Source of the DNA: an uncultured Actinomycetes bacterium
GTDB taxonomy: Bacteria; Actinomycetota; Acidimicrobiia; Acidimicrobiales; CAVTQP01
Assembly (NCBI GenBank): GCA_963736925.1
Contig: CAVTQP010000001.1
Span: 318,324-382,323 of the forward strand
DNA: 64,000 nt
Direction: 5' to 3'
The notes under the pieces are model-generated. The model saw nothing but the letters and a program-made list of their open reading frames with translations. It was not told the DNA's origin and made no database searches. Made by a program: the position numbers and the translations under genes. Below, piece after piece: positions 52,300 to 62,213 of the stretch (its first letter is position 1; each line of letters begins with the position of its first letter).

Positions 52300-54192
52300 A
52301 TGGTGCAGGAAAAAAAAGCAGGGCTGGACAGAGTCAATCGTGTCCCGCTTCGGCTCAAAGCTTCGACCCGACAACTTTTCGCACGTAGTTGGGCCTTCGA
52401 GGTTGCGTTTGCGGCTCTGACCATCGCCGCAGCAGCCCTCATACTCTCTCTCGTAGGTCGTCAGTCAGGCTGGCCCACCGGGCAGGCCTTTTCGAGTCCG
52501 TTCATATTGACTCAGATGTACGCTGCTCACTTTCGGCACCACGACTTCTTCCCGATCTGGTCGAGCAGCGATGCATACGGCATGGGGAGCCCGGTTCTTC
52601 TCTACTACCAGAAGACCTTCTTCTACGTGTCGGGGCTCTTCTACATCTTGACCGGTAACTCGCTCAAGTCCGCCTTCGTGTTGAGTATCGCTCTTTTCCT
52701 CATCATCGGGTCTTACGGGATGAGAGCCGCACTCGGCACGATAACCCGTCGTAAGCTTCTCGTGACGGTCGGAGCCTTGGGCTTTCTCTTTAGCAACTAC
52801 GTCTTCACCGACTGGCTCGTGCGCGGAGACCTTCCCGAGTTCACTGCTCTCATGCTGGTTCCATGGCTCCTCTATTGGTGCCTCAACTTGGTGATAAATC
52901 GTCGAGTCTCCTTCGTGTTGATACCCACCTTGGTCCTCCTCGTAAATGCTCACAACGCGATCGCGCTGGTGTCGGTATTTACCCTTCTCATAACCTTCAC
53001 CACCTTCGCGGCTACCGCGGGCCTGGCGGGCCTGCGGGCTGTGTTCCGTCGTCTGTTCATCGCCGTCGGTGGTGCGACCGTGCTCCTAGCTCCGATACTC
53101 CTAGCAGAGCTCCGGTTTAGCGCGTTTTACGATCCCGCCGCCAAGGTCGACCTGCCGGCAGCAAATGAGTCGGTATTCCAGAACTTCTACCGCCCTATTG
53201 CCTACCTGTACAACAGCTCGTACCACTGGCTTAGGGACACACACAACGCCAGGCGGCCTATCGGCGTACAGATCGACTTTTCTATATGGATTCCAATCGC
53301 GCTCGCTGTGCTGGCAGGCTTGACTCTCTTGGTCGCGTCCAGGATGAAGAGGACCCACAGTGGCTTCGGACGTTATTTCAACGGGCCGGCCATGGTGGTT
53401 TTGCTGGCAAGTTTCGGCTTGTACCTTTTCTTGCAGCTGTCAGCCTCTGCCGATGTGTACAGGGTGCTGAAGCCCCTGATGGTCATCGACTACCCCTATC
53501 GGATGCTGGCACTCATCACCCCGTTGGGCATCATCATCGTCATCGCCCTCGCTGAGGCTCTGTACAGACGATACGGAAGCGGCCACAGACGACTCCGAAA
53601 CAGCCGTATCCTGTCCGGCTTGTCAGTCGTGTGGTTGGGCTCCATCATCCTCCTTTCGCCGCTTACGTCGACGTTTCGAATCGACTATGGGCCGCTGGTT
53701 CAGTTGGCGTCTGGAGGCAATGGGCCGGTGAACAAGTACGCCTTCCCGCCTACATCTCTTTGGGACAGGCCCCAGTACACGAGCTATCTCTCGGCTCCGG
53801 CGTCAGCGATCGACAACGAATACCTGCCAAAGCTTGTTGACTCAACGGGAAAGGAATTGACCTTCGACTACCCGATCTACCAGCGGCTTTCCTCGCTCTA
53901 TGCGCTGGGGCGAGGATCAATCGGGGCGTGCTCCGTGGTCGAGCCCTCGAACACCCCCTTGGAGTCGCTTCAGCTCACCTTTACCGTTCGGTGCAGCAGG
54001 CCGACAAGGCTCGGTTTGCCGATCAGCTACAACGCTGACACGCAAATACTCGTGAAGGGCCCTCGCGGCACGTTGCGCAACGTCCCGTATACACACATTC
54101 CCACGGATCCCCGGATCTTCATTAGCGTGCCGAACTCGCAACCTGAGTCGCTGGTAGTCAACCTGCCGACGCTGTGGCGTACTCTCTTCTGA
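52300..54192 (+). CDS. Multi-pass membrane protein (PTPS-related / GT-C-like)
   Basis: FPIWSSSDAYGMGSPVLLYY, VRGDLPEF, DYPYRML, EYLP motifs; about 12 TM. Confidence 0.8.
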   Translation: MVQEKKAGLDRVNRVPLRLKASTRQLFARSWAFEVAFAALTIAAAALILSLVGRQSGWPTGQAFSSPFILTQMYAAHFRHHDFFPIWSSSDAYGMGSPVLLYYQKTFFYVSGLFYILTGNSLKSAFVLSIALFLIIGSYGMRAALGTITRRKLLVTVGALGFLFSNYVFTDWLVRGDLPEFTALMLVPWLLYWCLNLVINRRVSFVLIPTLVLLVNAHNAIALVSVFTLLITFTTFAATAGLAGLRAVFRRLFIAVGGATVLLAPILLAELRFSAFYDPAAKVDLPAANESVFQNFYRPIAYLYNSSYHWLRDTHNARRPIGVQIDFSIWIPIALAVLAGLTLLVASRMKRTHSGFGRYFNGPAMVVLLASFGLYLFLQLSASADVYRVLKPLMVIDYPYRMLALITPLGIIIVIALAEALYRRYGSGHRRLRNSRILSGLSVVWLGSIILLSPLTSTFRIDYGPLVQLASGGNGPVNKYAFPPTSLWDRPQYTSYLSAPASAIDNEYLPKLVDSTGKELTFDYPIYQRLSSLYALGRGSIGACSVVEPSNTPLESLQLTFTVRCSRPTRLGLPISYNADTQILVKGPRGTLRNVPYTHIPTDPRIFISVPNSQPESLVVNLPTLWRTLF

Positions 54193-54193
54193 G

Positions 54194-57100
54194 CTAAGCC
54201 GGACAGCCCAGCCGCTTTGCCAGTGCCGCGACGGCGCCTCTGGGCGACGTGCCGGTGCACAGGTTCGTCCGGCCGAAGACGGAGACCGTCCACGCTGGTG
54301 GCTTACCGGTCGCCTCGAACAGGGCGTTGATGGTTCCAACGCCTTGGACCGTAAACGCCTGCACTGCCCATCCCTTGGCGCAAGACGGGCCACCGCTGCT
54401 GGTGGCCGCCCCGATATCGCGCAAGCGCGAGCCGGCCTGGCTAGTCAGGGCCGAGCTGAGAGCACTGGTTGTGCAGGGGAGCGTGGTGCTGGTGACTGCC
54501 GGCGTGGCCGCTGTAACCGGCGTGCCGGCAGCTGCCTTCGGGCTGTTGCGGATGGCAGCATTGGCCGAGCTTCCTCCGCCTGCAGGAGCAGGTACCGCGG
54601 ACGCTCCAACCGTCTGACGCAGGAGGTTGATGTTCACCGCGCTTAGTGGAAACTTGATCGACCGGTAACCGTACTCGTTGTTGGGGAACAGGACCTGGAA
54701 CAGTACGTTGCCGCTGTTGTCGATCTCAGTGAAGCCTGATCCGGGGTGGAAGCCCCAGCCGATGACGTTTCCGCCGTCCGAATCCCGACGGAAGCTTCCG
54801 GTGGCAAGGGTGTTCTGCCCATCGGGATTGGCATACGAGAAGTCGAGCGTCGCAGTTCCAGCTACGGTGTCGATCTTGTACTGGACGGCGCGTGCCGCAC
54901 CAGACACCGCTGTGTGGTCGTCGTATGCCGAGACGTCACCGTTGGATTGGAAGCGGGCATCGTGCTGTCCGGAGGTCTCGGTCTCGGGGTCGTTCTTGAT
55001 GGTCAGGTATTGCTCCCCAGGATCATGGACGTTCGAGTTGCCGCTGAACTTCCAGGTCACATTGCCCGTCGTCTTGTTGATGTCGTAGATGCCCGAGGTG
55101 TCGCGGAAGGAGACGAGCACCTGGTTCCCGGTCGGGTCGACGTCCACCGAGTTGCAGTGGTAAGGGTCGCCCACCTGGGTGCCGTTGACGTTGTAGAAGG
55201 CGAAGAGGGCTTTTTCGGTCTCGTTGATCCCTATGTGGTCGCTCCCCGTCCACGACCATACGAGGTTGCCTTGTGGATTAATCTCTTGGACCACGCAGTC
55301 GAAGATGCTCTGGTTGGTCCCGTAACCGAGAGGAGTCAGGTCCACTCCGGTCTTGGTGGGCGTACTGATGATCATGCGGTTGCCATTGGGTTCGACCAAG
55401 TACTCATGGAGATCGGTCGGGGCTATGGGTGCGGTCACGCTCTGGGTGGTGAGCGTCGACAGGTTGAGGAGGTTGAAAGCGGATGCCTGGGAGAACAAGG
55501 CTCCGACCCCCCACATAACCGTGTTGTTCCCGAGCCAATTGACGTTCTCGTTGCCGAGTGATGTCTTGCTGAACCAAACAGGAGTGCCGTTGTCATCCAG
55601 GATCATGGCGTAGGGGCTGGCGTTCTTGGAGCCGGCGGTCAGGTTGCCGTAGAAGTAGTAGCCAGGGGTTGGGTGGCCCGGTTTGCTGACCTGTAGTTGA
55701 GGGAAGTCCGGGGGAAGGCAGCGCACCCAGTACTGGGTCGGGGGACCCGAGGGGTTCGACGGGTCCGGAGCCTGGATCACCACAGCCTGACTGGCGGCAA
55801 GGCCGGTCACAGTGACGCTGATACTCGAGCCGGACTGGCCCCACGCGCTGATGTTCCCGGATGCGGCCGTCATGTTGAACGTCACTGAGTTGTTCTGGAA
55901 GCTGGGACAGGACACCGCGTAGTCGTGCGTCGCCGTCGAGAACGGCGTGTTCAGTGCCGGGCTCGAGGTCATGTTGGAAATCGAGCTTCCAGTGACGTCC
56001 ACGTAGATGGCCGCATCACCGAACGCGTAGAGGTTGCCATCGTTCGATCCCACATAGACGACTCCGTTGACGATTGAGGGTGAGGATCGAACCACGTCGG
56101 TAGTCCAGCCGAAGCCCAAAGGCTGACACGTCTTGGGCGTTCCGGAACAGTTGGCACTGCCCGTAGCGTCGAATGCGTAAAGCTTGTGATCATCCGATCC
56201 GATGTAGACGACACCATTGCCGACAGCCGGGGCGGAGTTGAGGTTGGAACTGCTCTGGGCCGTACCGATGGGGCTCGTCCAGAGCGGTTGGCAGACCTTC
56301 GGCGTGCCAGAGCAGTTGGTGCTCCCAGTGGCATCCAGGGCGACTAGGGCTCCCTTGCCCTCGATAAATAGCGTGTTGTTGGCCACGGCCATTGGCGAGT
56401 ACGCCTGGCTTGGCGTCCCGATGGATCCTGTCCAGAGCGGTTGGCAGACCTTTGGCGTGCCGGAGCAGTTGGTGCTTCCGGCCGCGTCGTACGCGTACAC
56501 ATTGGTACCCGCCGTATAGGCTGTTCCACCTGCTACTACAACCCCGAACTGGTCAGCTGCCAATGGGGCGCTCCAGAGGGGTTGGCAGACGGTGGGCGTG
56601 CCCGAGCAGTTCGTACTCCCGTTCGCGTCGAACGCGTAGAGCTTGCCTCCACCGACCGTGTACACCACACCACTCGCGATTGCGGGGGGGAGGGTCGACG
56701 AGCTCCCTACGCCAGGGGCGCTCCAGAGCGGTTGGCAGACCTTCGGCGTGCCAGAGCAGTTCGTGCTTCCGTTGGCGTCGAATGCATAGAGGGAGGTCGA
56801 GTCATGGACGTAGACGATGCCGTTGAAGACATTTGGTGTGGACATGTCTGACTTACCGGTCGAGGGGGTCGACCACAAAGGCTGACATGTAACTGGCGAC
56901 CCAGAGCAGTTGGTGCTCCCGTTGGCGTCATACGCGTAAAGGATGCCGCCGGCACCGATGTACACCACGTTGTTGGCGACCGCGGGCGATGACACAGGGG
57001 TGCCCTGAGGCGCCGAAGACCAAAGTGGGTTGCAAGTACCGGGCGTCCCCGCTGTGCAGTTCGTCGCGGCGTACTGGTCGAAGGCGTAGACCGACCCGTT

Positions 57101-57358
57101 CTGGGCGCCGATGAAGACTCTCGAGTTCATCGTTACCGGTGAGGAGGAACCGACCGAGCTGCCTATGGCTCCGGACCAAGCGGTCCTGATGGTGGGGACG
57201 TTCGTGGAGGATACGAAGGGCTCGTACGTGCTGCGTGAATTGCCCACGTCGAAGCCGCCAAAGATCGTCCAATCGCATCCGGCTGCAACGAGGGCCACCG
57301 CGGCCAAGATGGCCATGACCACGCCGCTCCGCCCTACCACCACGCTCTTTCGACGCAT
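54194..57358 (-). CDS. Lipoprotein: PQQ-type beta-propeller repeats fused to an arylsulfotransferase (ASST)-like domain
   Basis: Lipobox AAGC; seven (F/Y/L)D..TNCSGTPKVCQPLW repeats; DLHE, DPYHCNSVD and GQHDARF motifs. Confidence 0.88.
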   Translation of the reverse strand: MRRKSVVVGRSGVVMAILAAVALVAAGCDWTIFGGFDVGNSRSTYEPFVSSTNVPTIRTAWSGAIGSSVGSSSPVTMNSRVFIGAQNGSVYAFDQYAATNCTAGTPGTCNPLWSSAPQGTPVSSPAVANNVVYIGAGGILYAYDANGSTNCSGSPVTCQPLWSTPSTGKSDMSTPNVFNGIVYVHDSTSLYAFDANGSTNCSGTPKVCQPLWSAPGVGSSSTLPPAIASGVVYTVGGGKLYAFDANGSTNCSGTPTVCQPLWSAPLAADQFGVVVAGGTAYTAGTNVYAYDAAGSTNCSGTPKVCQPLWTGSIGTPSQAYSPMAVANNTLFIEGKGALVALDATGSTNCSGTPKVCQPLWTSPIGTAQSSSNLNSAPAVGNGVVYIGSDDHKLYAFDATGSANCSGTPKTCQPLGFGWTTDVVRSSPSIVNGVVYVGSNDGNLYAFGDAAIYVDVTGSSISNMTSSPALNTPFSTATHDYAVSCPSFQNNSVTFNMTAASGNISAWGQSGSSISVTVTGLAASQAVVIQAPDPSNPSGPPTQYWVRCLPPDFPQLQVSKPGHPTPGYYFYGNLTAGSKNASPYAMILDDNGTPVWFSKTSLGNENVNWLGNNTVMWGVGALFSQASAFNLLNLSTLTTQSVTAPIAPTDLHEYLVEPNGNRMIISTPTKTGVDLTPLGYGTNQSIFDCVVQEINPQGNLVWSWTGSDHIGINETEKALFAFYNVNGTQVGDPYHCNSVDVDPTGNQVLVSFRDTSGIYDINKTTGNVTWKFSGNSNVHDPGEQYLTIKNDPETETSGQHDARFQSNGDVSAYDDHTAVSGAARAVQYKIDTVAGTATLDFSYANPDGQNTLATGSFRRDSDGGNVIGWGFHPGSGFTEIDNSGNVLFQVLFPNNEYGYRSIKFPLSAVNINLLRQTVGASAVPAPAGGGSSANAAIRNSPKAAAGTPVTAATPAVTSTTLPCTTSALSSALTSQAGSRLRDIGAATSSGGPSCAKGWAVQAFTVQGVGTINALFEATGKPPAWTVSVFGRTNLCTGTSPRGAVAALAKRLGCPA

Positions 57359-57639
57359 TTAGGTCCCCCCATAGCTCAAGGCCGGGCTCAGCCAGCAGCC
57401 ATGACGCGGGTTAGCTCACTTCCTTAGTAGCTAATTGTCAAGCGGGACCCGACAAAGGGTAAGGGACGCCGCTCCTCGCCTTGCTGGGGCTTGGCCGCGC
57501 TGCGGTTGCCGCAGCCCTGAGGGCTTCATCTATGGCCCATCTAAGCCCAGCCCGGCACGCTGGCCCTAGGTGAGGGCTCCCGCTCCGCGCTGCTCGCCCG
57601 GGGAGAATCGTGGTCCTGGCCTGGTAGTTTCTGGCTTCG

Positions 57640-60096
57640 GTGGGGGCGAACCTGACGAGGGTGAGAGTGGGGGCGGTGGCCGAACACGAGCAAGGTCCGC
57701 AGCCGCCTGCTCGGACGACGTGGATGCGCTTTCGGGTGCGGGATGTGCTGGCGGTCCTGTGGATGCTTGGCGTGGCCGTGGCACTCTTGGCCCCCGCGTG
57801 GCTTCACGGTCATTCGATCGGCCCGTTCGACCTGCTGACCCAGCACGGACTCACGAAGAAGTCCGGTGTAGTGATCCACAATTTCACCGAAGGCGACCAG
57901 ATCGATGAGATGATTCCGTGGTCTGCTCTGGCTTGGACGCAGGTCCACCACGGGCACCTGCCGCTTTGGAACCCCTACAGCGGGTTTGGCATGCCGCTGG
58001 CATTCAACTGGCAGTCGGCGCCTTTCAGTGTCCCGGCGCTCGTCGGTTACCTGGTCCCGGTTCGTTTCTCCTACACGGTAGGGCTGCTGACCACCCTGTT
58101 CGTCGCTGGAACCGGGGCATACGTGCTGGGACGAGTCCTCCGTTTGAGCCTGCTGGCAAGCGTGATGGCGGGCACGGTGTTCGAGCTCAGCGGTCCACTC
58201 ACTGGTTGGCTTGGCTTCCCTCACGCGTCGGTGGCCTCATGGACCGGATGGTTGTTCGCTGCAGCGCTCCTAATCGTCCGTGGCCGACGTCGTGCCCGTT
58301 GCATCGCTTTGTTCGCGGTAGTCCTCGCCCTGGCGGTATACGCGGGTCAGCCTGAGGTTCTGACTGTGGTGATCCTGTCGCTGCTGGTGTTCCTCGTCGT
58401 CCTGCTGGCGCCGAGAGCGGCGGGACTCTGGGGGTCTGGTCCGCTGCGGCGTCCGATAGTGGACCTGTTGCTTGCCGCTGTCGCCGGAGGCGCCCTCGCC
58501 GCCCCTCTCGCCCTTCCCGGTCTCCAGCTCGCATCCCAGTCCGTACGGTCGATATCTCCCTCGAGCCAGGCATTGCGACTCCACGACGTTCTGTACGTGC
58601 TGTTCCAAGGGTTCGACGGGTTGCCTATAGCTGGGAATCAGCCCTTTGGCGAATCGTTCTTCTACAACGAGACGAGTGCCTACGTGGGCCTGATTGCCCT
58701 CGTCCTCGCGGTCGTTGGGATAGCGGTCCGTCGTCGCCGTCCTGAAGTGATCAGCCTGACCGCGGTCGGCGTTGTAACCGCACTGTTGGCCTACTCCTCT
58801 CCTGTGGTCTCGTTCATGGGTGGGTTGCCGTTCGTCGGAAAAGTCGCATGGCTTCGTGCCTTGATGCCGATGGCCCTCGTCATCGCCGTCCTCGCCGGGC
58901 TGGGATTGGACGCCCTCATACGCTCGTATTCAGACCGCTCAGTGCGGCGATGGGCTGTTGGAACCTTCGCGACTGCTGGAGTCGTGCTTTTGGCGATCTG
59001 GCTCTTTGGACGCGGAAACCTTCCCCCCTCGCAGGCTGATATCCGCTCCAAGAGCTTCATATGGCCGGTGGTAGAGACTGGTCTGGGCCTCGCGGTCGTC
59101 GGATCGCTGTCACTGGTAGTTCGCGCAAGGCTCGGTCGTGGCGCAGCATTCTCCGGAGTCGGTCGCGGGTGGCGCGGCGCAACAGCTCGAGACCAGGCGG
59201 ACACTCCAGGCGCCCCCAAGCGCTCACCTGGCTGGCGGCTGGGAGCGGGGCAATGGGCTGGACTCTCCCTGCTTGCCTGCGAAACGGCCTTCCTCGTCAC
59301 CGCCGGGGCTCCGTTGTGGTCCTCGAGTTCCCAATTTCTGACTCCCACCCCAGCAGTGGCGTCAGTCAAGCGGGTCGTCGGGGACGCGACCGTAGGATCT
59401 GGCGGAGGCTTGTGCGGCAGTGTGGGAATCCTGCCGGAGGCGAACGTCGGCTTCGACGTCCATGAACTGGACGTCTACGACCCAATCATCCCCAAGGCCT
59501 ACTTCAAGTCTTTGCAGGCATCGACAGGGCAAGCGTCGCTCACACTGTTCAACGAGTACTGCCCCTCAGTGAAGACTGCATCTGTGGCACGCCTATACGG
59601 CGTCGAGTTCGTCCTGGAAGGAAGGGGTGCGCCTGGCCCCCAAGGAGGGGTGTTTGTTTCGAGGGTGGGGGACGAGGACCTCTACAGGATCCCCGGCGCT
59701 GCGCCTGCCACTATCACTCCGCTGCCGGCGTCCGGGCGGCTGCCCTCCAATTTTGTCCCAGGAGCACCTGTCGGGGTCACGCACCCGAGTCCGAGTGTCT
59801 GGAACCTGACGACCCGCTCGGCCACCGAGGCGGTCCTTCGACTACGGCTGACCGACGTTCCCGGCTGGCACGCCACTCTCGACGGACGTCCGCTGCACCT
59901 CCAGCAGTTTTCCGGTGTGATGCTGCAAGCCCTGGTACCTCCAGGGCGTCATTCAGTGGAATTGCACTATTGGCCGACAACCTTCACCGCTGGCATCGTC
60001 CTCGCGGCCTGCAGCGTGGTCGCGCTCATCTCGGTTCCGCTTGTCGCAAGAGCTCGCCACCGTCAACGGGGGCAGAGGATGGCCGACCGTGGATAG
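57640..60096 (+). CDS. YfhO-like multi-pass membrane protein (putative GT-C glycosyltransferase), copy 2
   Basis: Colinear paralog of 46871-49303 (DQIDEMIPW...HLPLWNPYSGFGMPL). Start uncertain. Confidence 0.88.
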   Translation: MGANLTRVRVGAVAEHEQGPQPPARTTWMRFRVRDVLAVLWMLGVAVALLAPAWLHGHSIGPFDLLTQHGLTKKSGVVIHNFTEGDQIDEMIPWSALAWTQVHHGHLPLWNPYSGFGMPLAFNWQSAPFSVPALVGYLVPVRFSYTVGLLTTLFVAGTGAYVLGRVLRLSLLASVMAGTVFELSGPLTGWLGFPHASVASWTGWLFAAALLIVRGRRRARCIALFAVVLALAVYAGQPEVLTVVILSLLVFLVVLLAPRAAGLWGSGPLRRPIVDLLLAAVAGGALAAPLALPGLQLASQSVRSISPSSQALRLHDVLYVLFQGFDGLPIAGNQPFGESFFYNETSAYVGLIALVLAVVGIAVRRRRPEVISLTAVGVVTALLAYSSPVVSFMGGLPFVGKVAWLRALMPMALVIAVLAGLGLDALIRSYSDRSVRRWAVGTFATAGVVLLAIWLFGRGNLPPSQADIRSKSFIWPVVETGLGLAVVGSLSLVVRARLGRGAAFSGVGRGWRGATARDQADTPGAPKRSPGWRLGAGQWAGLSLLACETAFLVTAGAPLWSSSSQFLTPTPAVASVKRVVGDATVGSGGGLCGSVGILPEANVGFDVHELDVYDPIIPKAYFKSLQASTGQASLTLFNEYCPSVKTASVARLYGVEFVLEGRGAPGPQGGVFVSRVGDEDLYRIPGAAPATITPLPASGRLPSNFVPGAPVGVTHPSPSVWNLTTRSATEAVLRLRLTDVPGWHATLDGRPLHLQQFSGVMLQALVPPGRHSVELHYWPTTFTAGIVLAACSVVALISVPLVARARHRQRGQRMADRG

Positions 60097-60112
60097 GGCC
60101 GACCGTGGATAG
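60081..60112 (+). repeat. Perfect 16-bp tandem duplication at a gene junction
   Basis: GGCCGACCGTGGATAG x2. Confidence 0.95.
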
Positions 60113-62195
60113 GACTGCCACGCTCGAAGCTGAGCATCGTGCGGTAAGACCGGCTGGAGTGGAGGCTAGTGGTCAGCAACCTAGCCTGCGCCGCTTCACT
60201 ATTGCGGTTATCACGGGGGGGTTGGTCGTCTCGGTTCCCTATCTGTGGGTTCTGACCGACCTCTGGAATCGCTCGCCCAGCTTGTTGAGGACCGTGATCC
60301 CAAACGGCACCTTGAGCAACTTCTACGACCTCCAAGCACGAGCAATGTTTCACGGCCATCTCTACGTGCCCAATGGATCTCTTGCAGCCGAGGCATTCGT
60401 GCACGACGGTCGGCAATACACCTACTTTGGCCTGTTCCCGTCCTTGTTGCGTATGCCCGTTCTCTTGGTCACTCACAGTCTGGACGGACGGCTCACTGCC
60501 AGCTCGATGTTGCTGGCATGGTTGGTGACCGGCTTGTTCAGCGCCTTGTTGTTGTGGAGGGTGCGGCTGCTATTGCGCGGCCAGGCCCCCCTCGGGCGGG
60601 CAGAAGCGACGTCGTATGGCGTGCTGATCGCGACGATCATGGGTGGATCGGTCCTGGTTGCCTTAGCTGCCAGCCCCTGGGTCTACTCGGAGGATGTCGC
60701 GTGGAGCGCAGCCCTGACTATTGGGAGCCTCTTTGCTCTACTCGGCGTGTTGGAGGCTCCGTCGTGGGGGCGAGTGACTTTCACGGGTGCTCTGGTCCTG
60801 GCAGCAAACCTCACGCGGGGCACAACAGGCTATGCCTGCGTTATTGGCACTCTTCTCGCCGCAGCATGGCTGGCGTCAGGACGGCGCGGTAGAGAGCACC
60901 GACGTTGGTGGTGGCCGGTCCTGTTGGCCGGGGTCATCCCCCTGGCCATCGGAGCGGCGGTCGGCTGGGCCAAGTTCGGCGTCCTGTACGGGTATCCCCT
61001 GTACGACCAAATCGCCTTCAAGACGCATCGCTTGAATGCAATCAAGGGTTCCTATTTCAGCTTCAAGTACCTGCCGACCACGCTCGCGGCGTATCTGGGA
61101 AGCAGCGGGATGCACTTGAGCCGCGTCTTTCCGTTCATTACGTTCCCAGCGTTTCCAGCTCGAGCAGTGGGCAATGTGCCCCTCTTCGGGACGGATTTTG
61201 TCACGAGCGTACCCGGGTCGATGCCGCTTCTCTCCCTTCTGACCCTATGGGGCGTGGTCGCTGCGTTTCGACGGCGAGCGTCACGGGAAGTAAGGCTGAC
61301 TTCGATCCCGATGATTGCCGCCGGCGCCGCCGCGGGCTCAATCTTGATCTTCGGTTTTCTCTACGATCGTTTCCTCGGCGACGTCCTCCCGCTCCTCGTG
61401 TTGGGGAGCGTCGTGGGCTTGGTCGACCTCTGGCGCCATCTTGAGTGGCGACGACCACCGGCACGAGGCGCCGTAGTAGCGATGATCGGCGCGCTGGGCC
61501 TGTTCGGCGTCTTGGCAAACACCGCGATTGCAAGCACACCCACGGGGTGGTGGTCCGATAACCAAGCCATCAACTACGTCGAGACTCAGAAGTCCGTGAG
61601 CGATCTGACCGGTCACCCTCTGTCCGCCACCCTGGTGCGAGGTAGGAGTCTGCCACGCTCAGCAACGTTTGATGAACTGTTCGTCGCCGGAAACTGTGCC
61701 GGTCTTTACCTCTATTCGGGGCAAGGATTCCCCAATGGCCTCCGAACATGGTTCCCGCTCGACCGGGAACCGCCATATCGGCATGCATTGGACGTCACGA
61801 TCCACGGTTCACCGGCGACCCTTCCTCCGACGGTTCCTTTAGTCAGCGCGGGTGTCCGCCCGGCCATAGTTGTGTCGATGCAGCCTGCAGGCACAGGCCA
61901 GATTCGCTTCGTCGAGAGTGCTGGACTGGGAAACCCTTTGGTCAGTGGTACACCGTTCCGCGTACAACCCGACACGACCTACCGATTCGCTATCGAGACA
62001 GACCTCACGACCGACTCGCTCTCGGTGACCTCATACCAAGGTGATGTCCTGCTCAGCAGCGAGCTCATCTCGGCGGGACCCATCACAGTGCACGCGCGTG
62101 GTCCTCTCGCGGGGGCGTCTCCGAGCCCAGTGTCAGTAGTAGACGTCAGCCAGCGGGAATCGAGCAACTCCCTGTGTCGGAGCCTGGTTTCATAA
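60105..62195 (+). CDS. Multi-pass membrane protein (GT-C-like) with a C-terminal beta-rich extracellular domain
   Basis: NFYDLQARAM, EAFVHDGRQYTYFG, PWVYSE, RFLGD; about 11 TM; in-frame GTG 60105. Confidence 0.8.
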   Translation: MDRTATLEAEHRAVRPAGVEASGQQPSLRRFTIAVITGGLVVSVPYLWVLTDLWNRSPSLLRTVIPNGTLSNFYDLQARAMFHGHLYVPNGSLAAEAFVHDGRQYTYFGLFPSLLRMPVLLVTHSLDGRLTASSMLLAWLVTGLFSALLLWRVRLLLRGQAPLGRAEATSYGVLIATIMGGSVLVALAASPWVYSEDVAWSAALTIGSLFALLGVLEAPSWGRVTFTGALVLAANLTRGTTGYACVIGTLLAAAWLASGRRGREHRRWWWPVLLAGVIPLAIGAAVGWAKFGVLYGYPLYDQIAFKTHRLNAIKGSYFSFKYLPTTLAAYLGSSGMHLSRVFPFITFPAFPARAVGNVPLFGTDFVTSVPGSMPLLSLLTLWGVVAAFRRRASREVRLTSIPMIAAGAAAGSILIFGFLYDRFLGDVLPLLVLGSVVGLVDLWRHLEWRRPPARGAVVAMIGALGLFGVLANTAIASTPTGWWSDNQAINYVETQKSVSDLTGHPLSATLVRGRSLPRSATFDELFVAGNCAGLYLYSGQGFPNGLRTWFPLDREPPYRHALDVTIHGSPATLPPTVPLVSAGVRPAIVVSMQPAGTGQIRFVESAGLGNPLVSGTPFRVQPDTTYRFAIETDLTTDSLSVTSYQGDVLLSSELISAGPITVHARGPLAGASPSPVSVVDVSQRESSNSLCRSLVS

Positions 62196-62213
62196 GCCGG
62201 ACGACGGAGGACG

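Noticed and set aside
57360-57560. Possible riboswitch (c-di-GMP-like) between the ASST and YfhO-like genes
   Set aside because: Small hairpins and a TTAGCT...AGCTAA inverted repeat are present, but the GEMM consensus elements are not matched.
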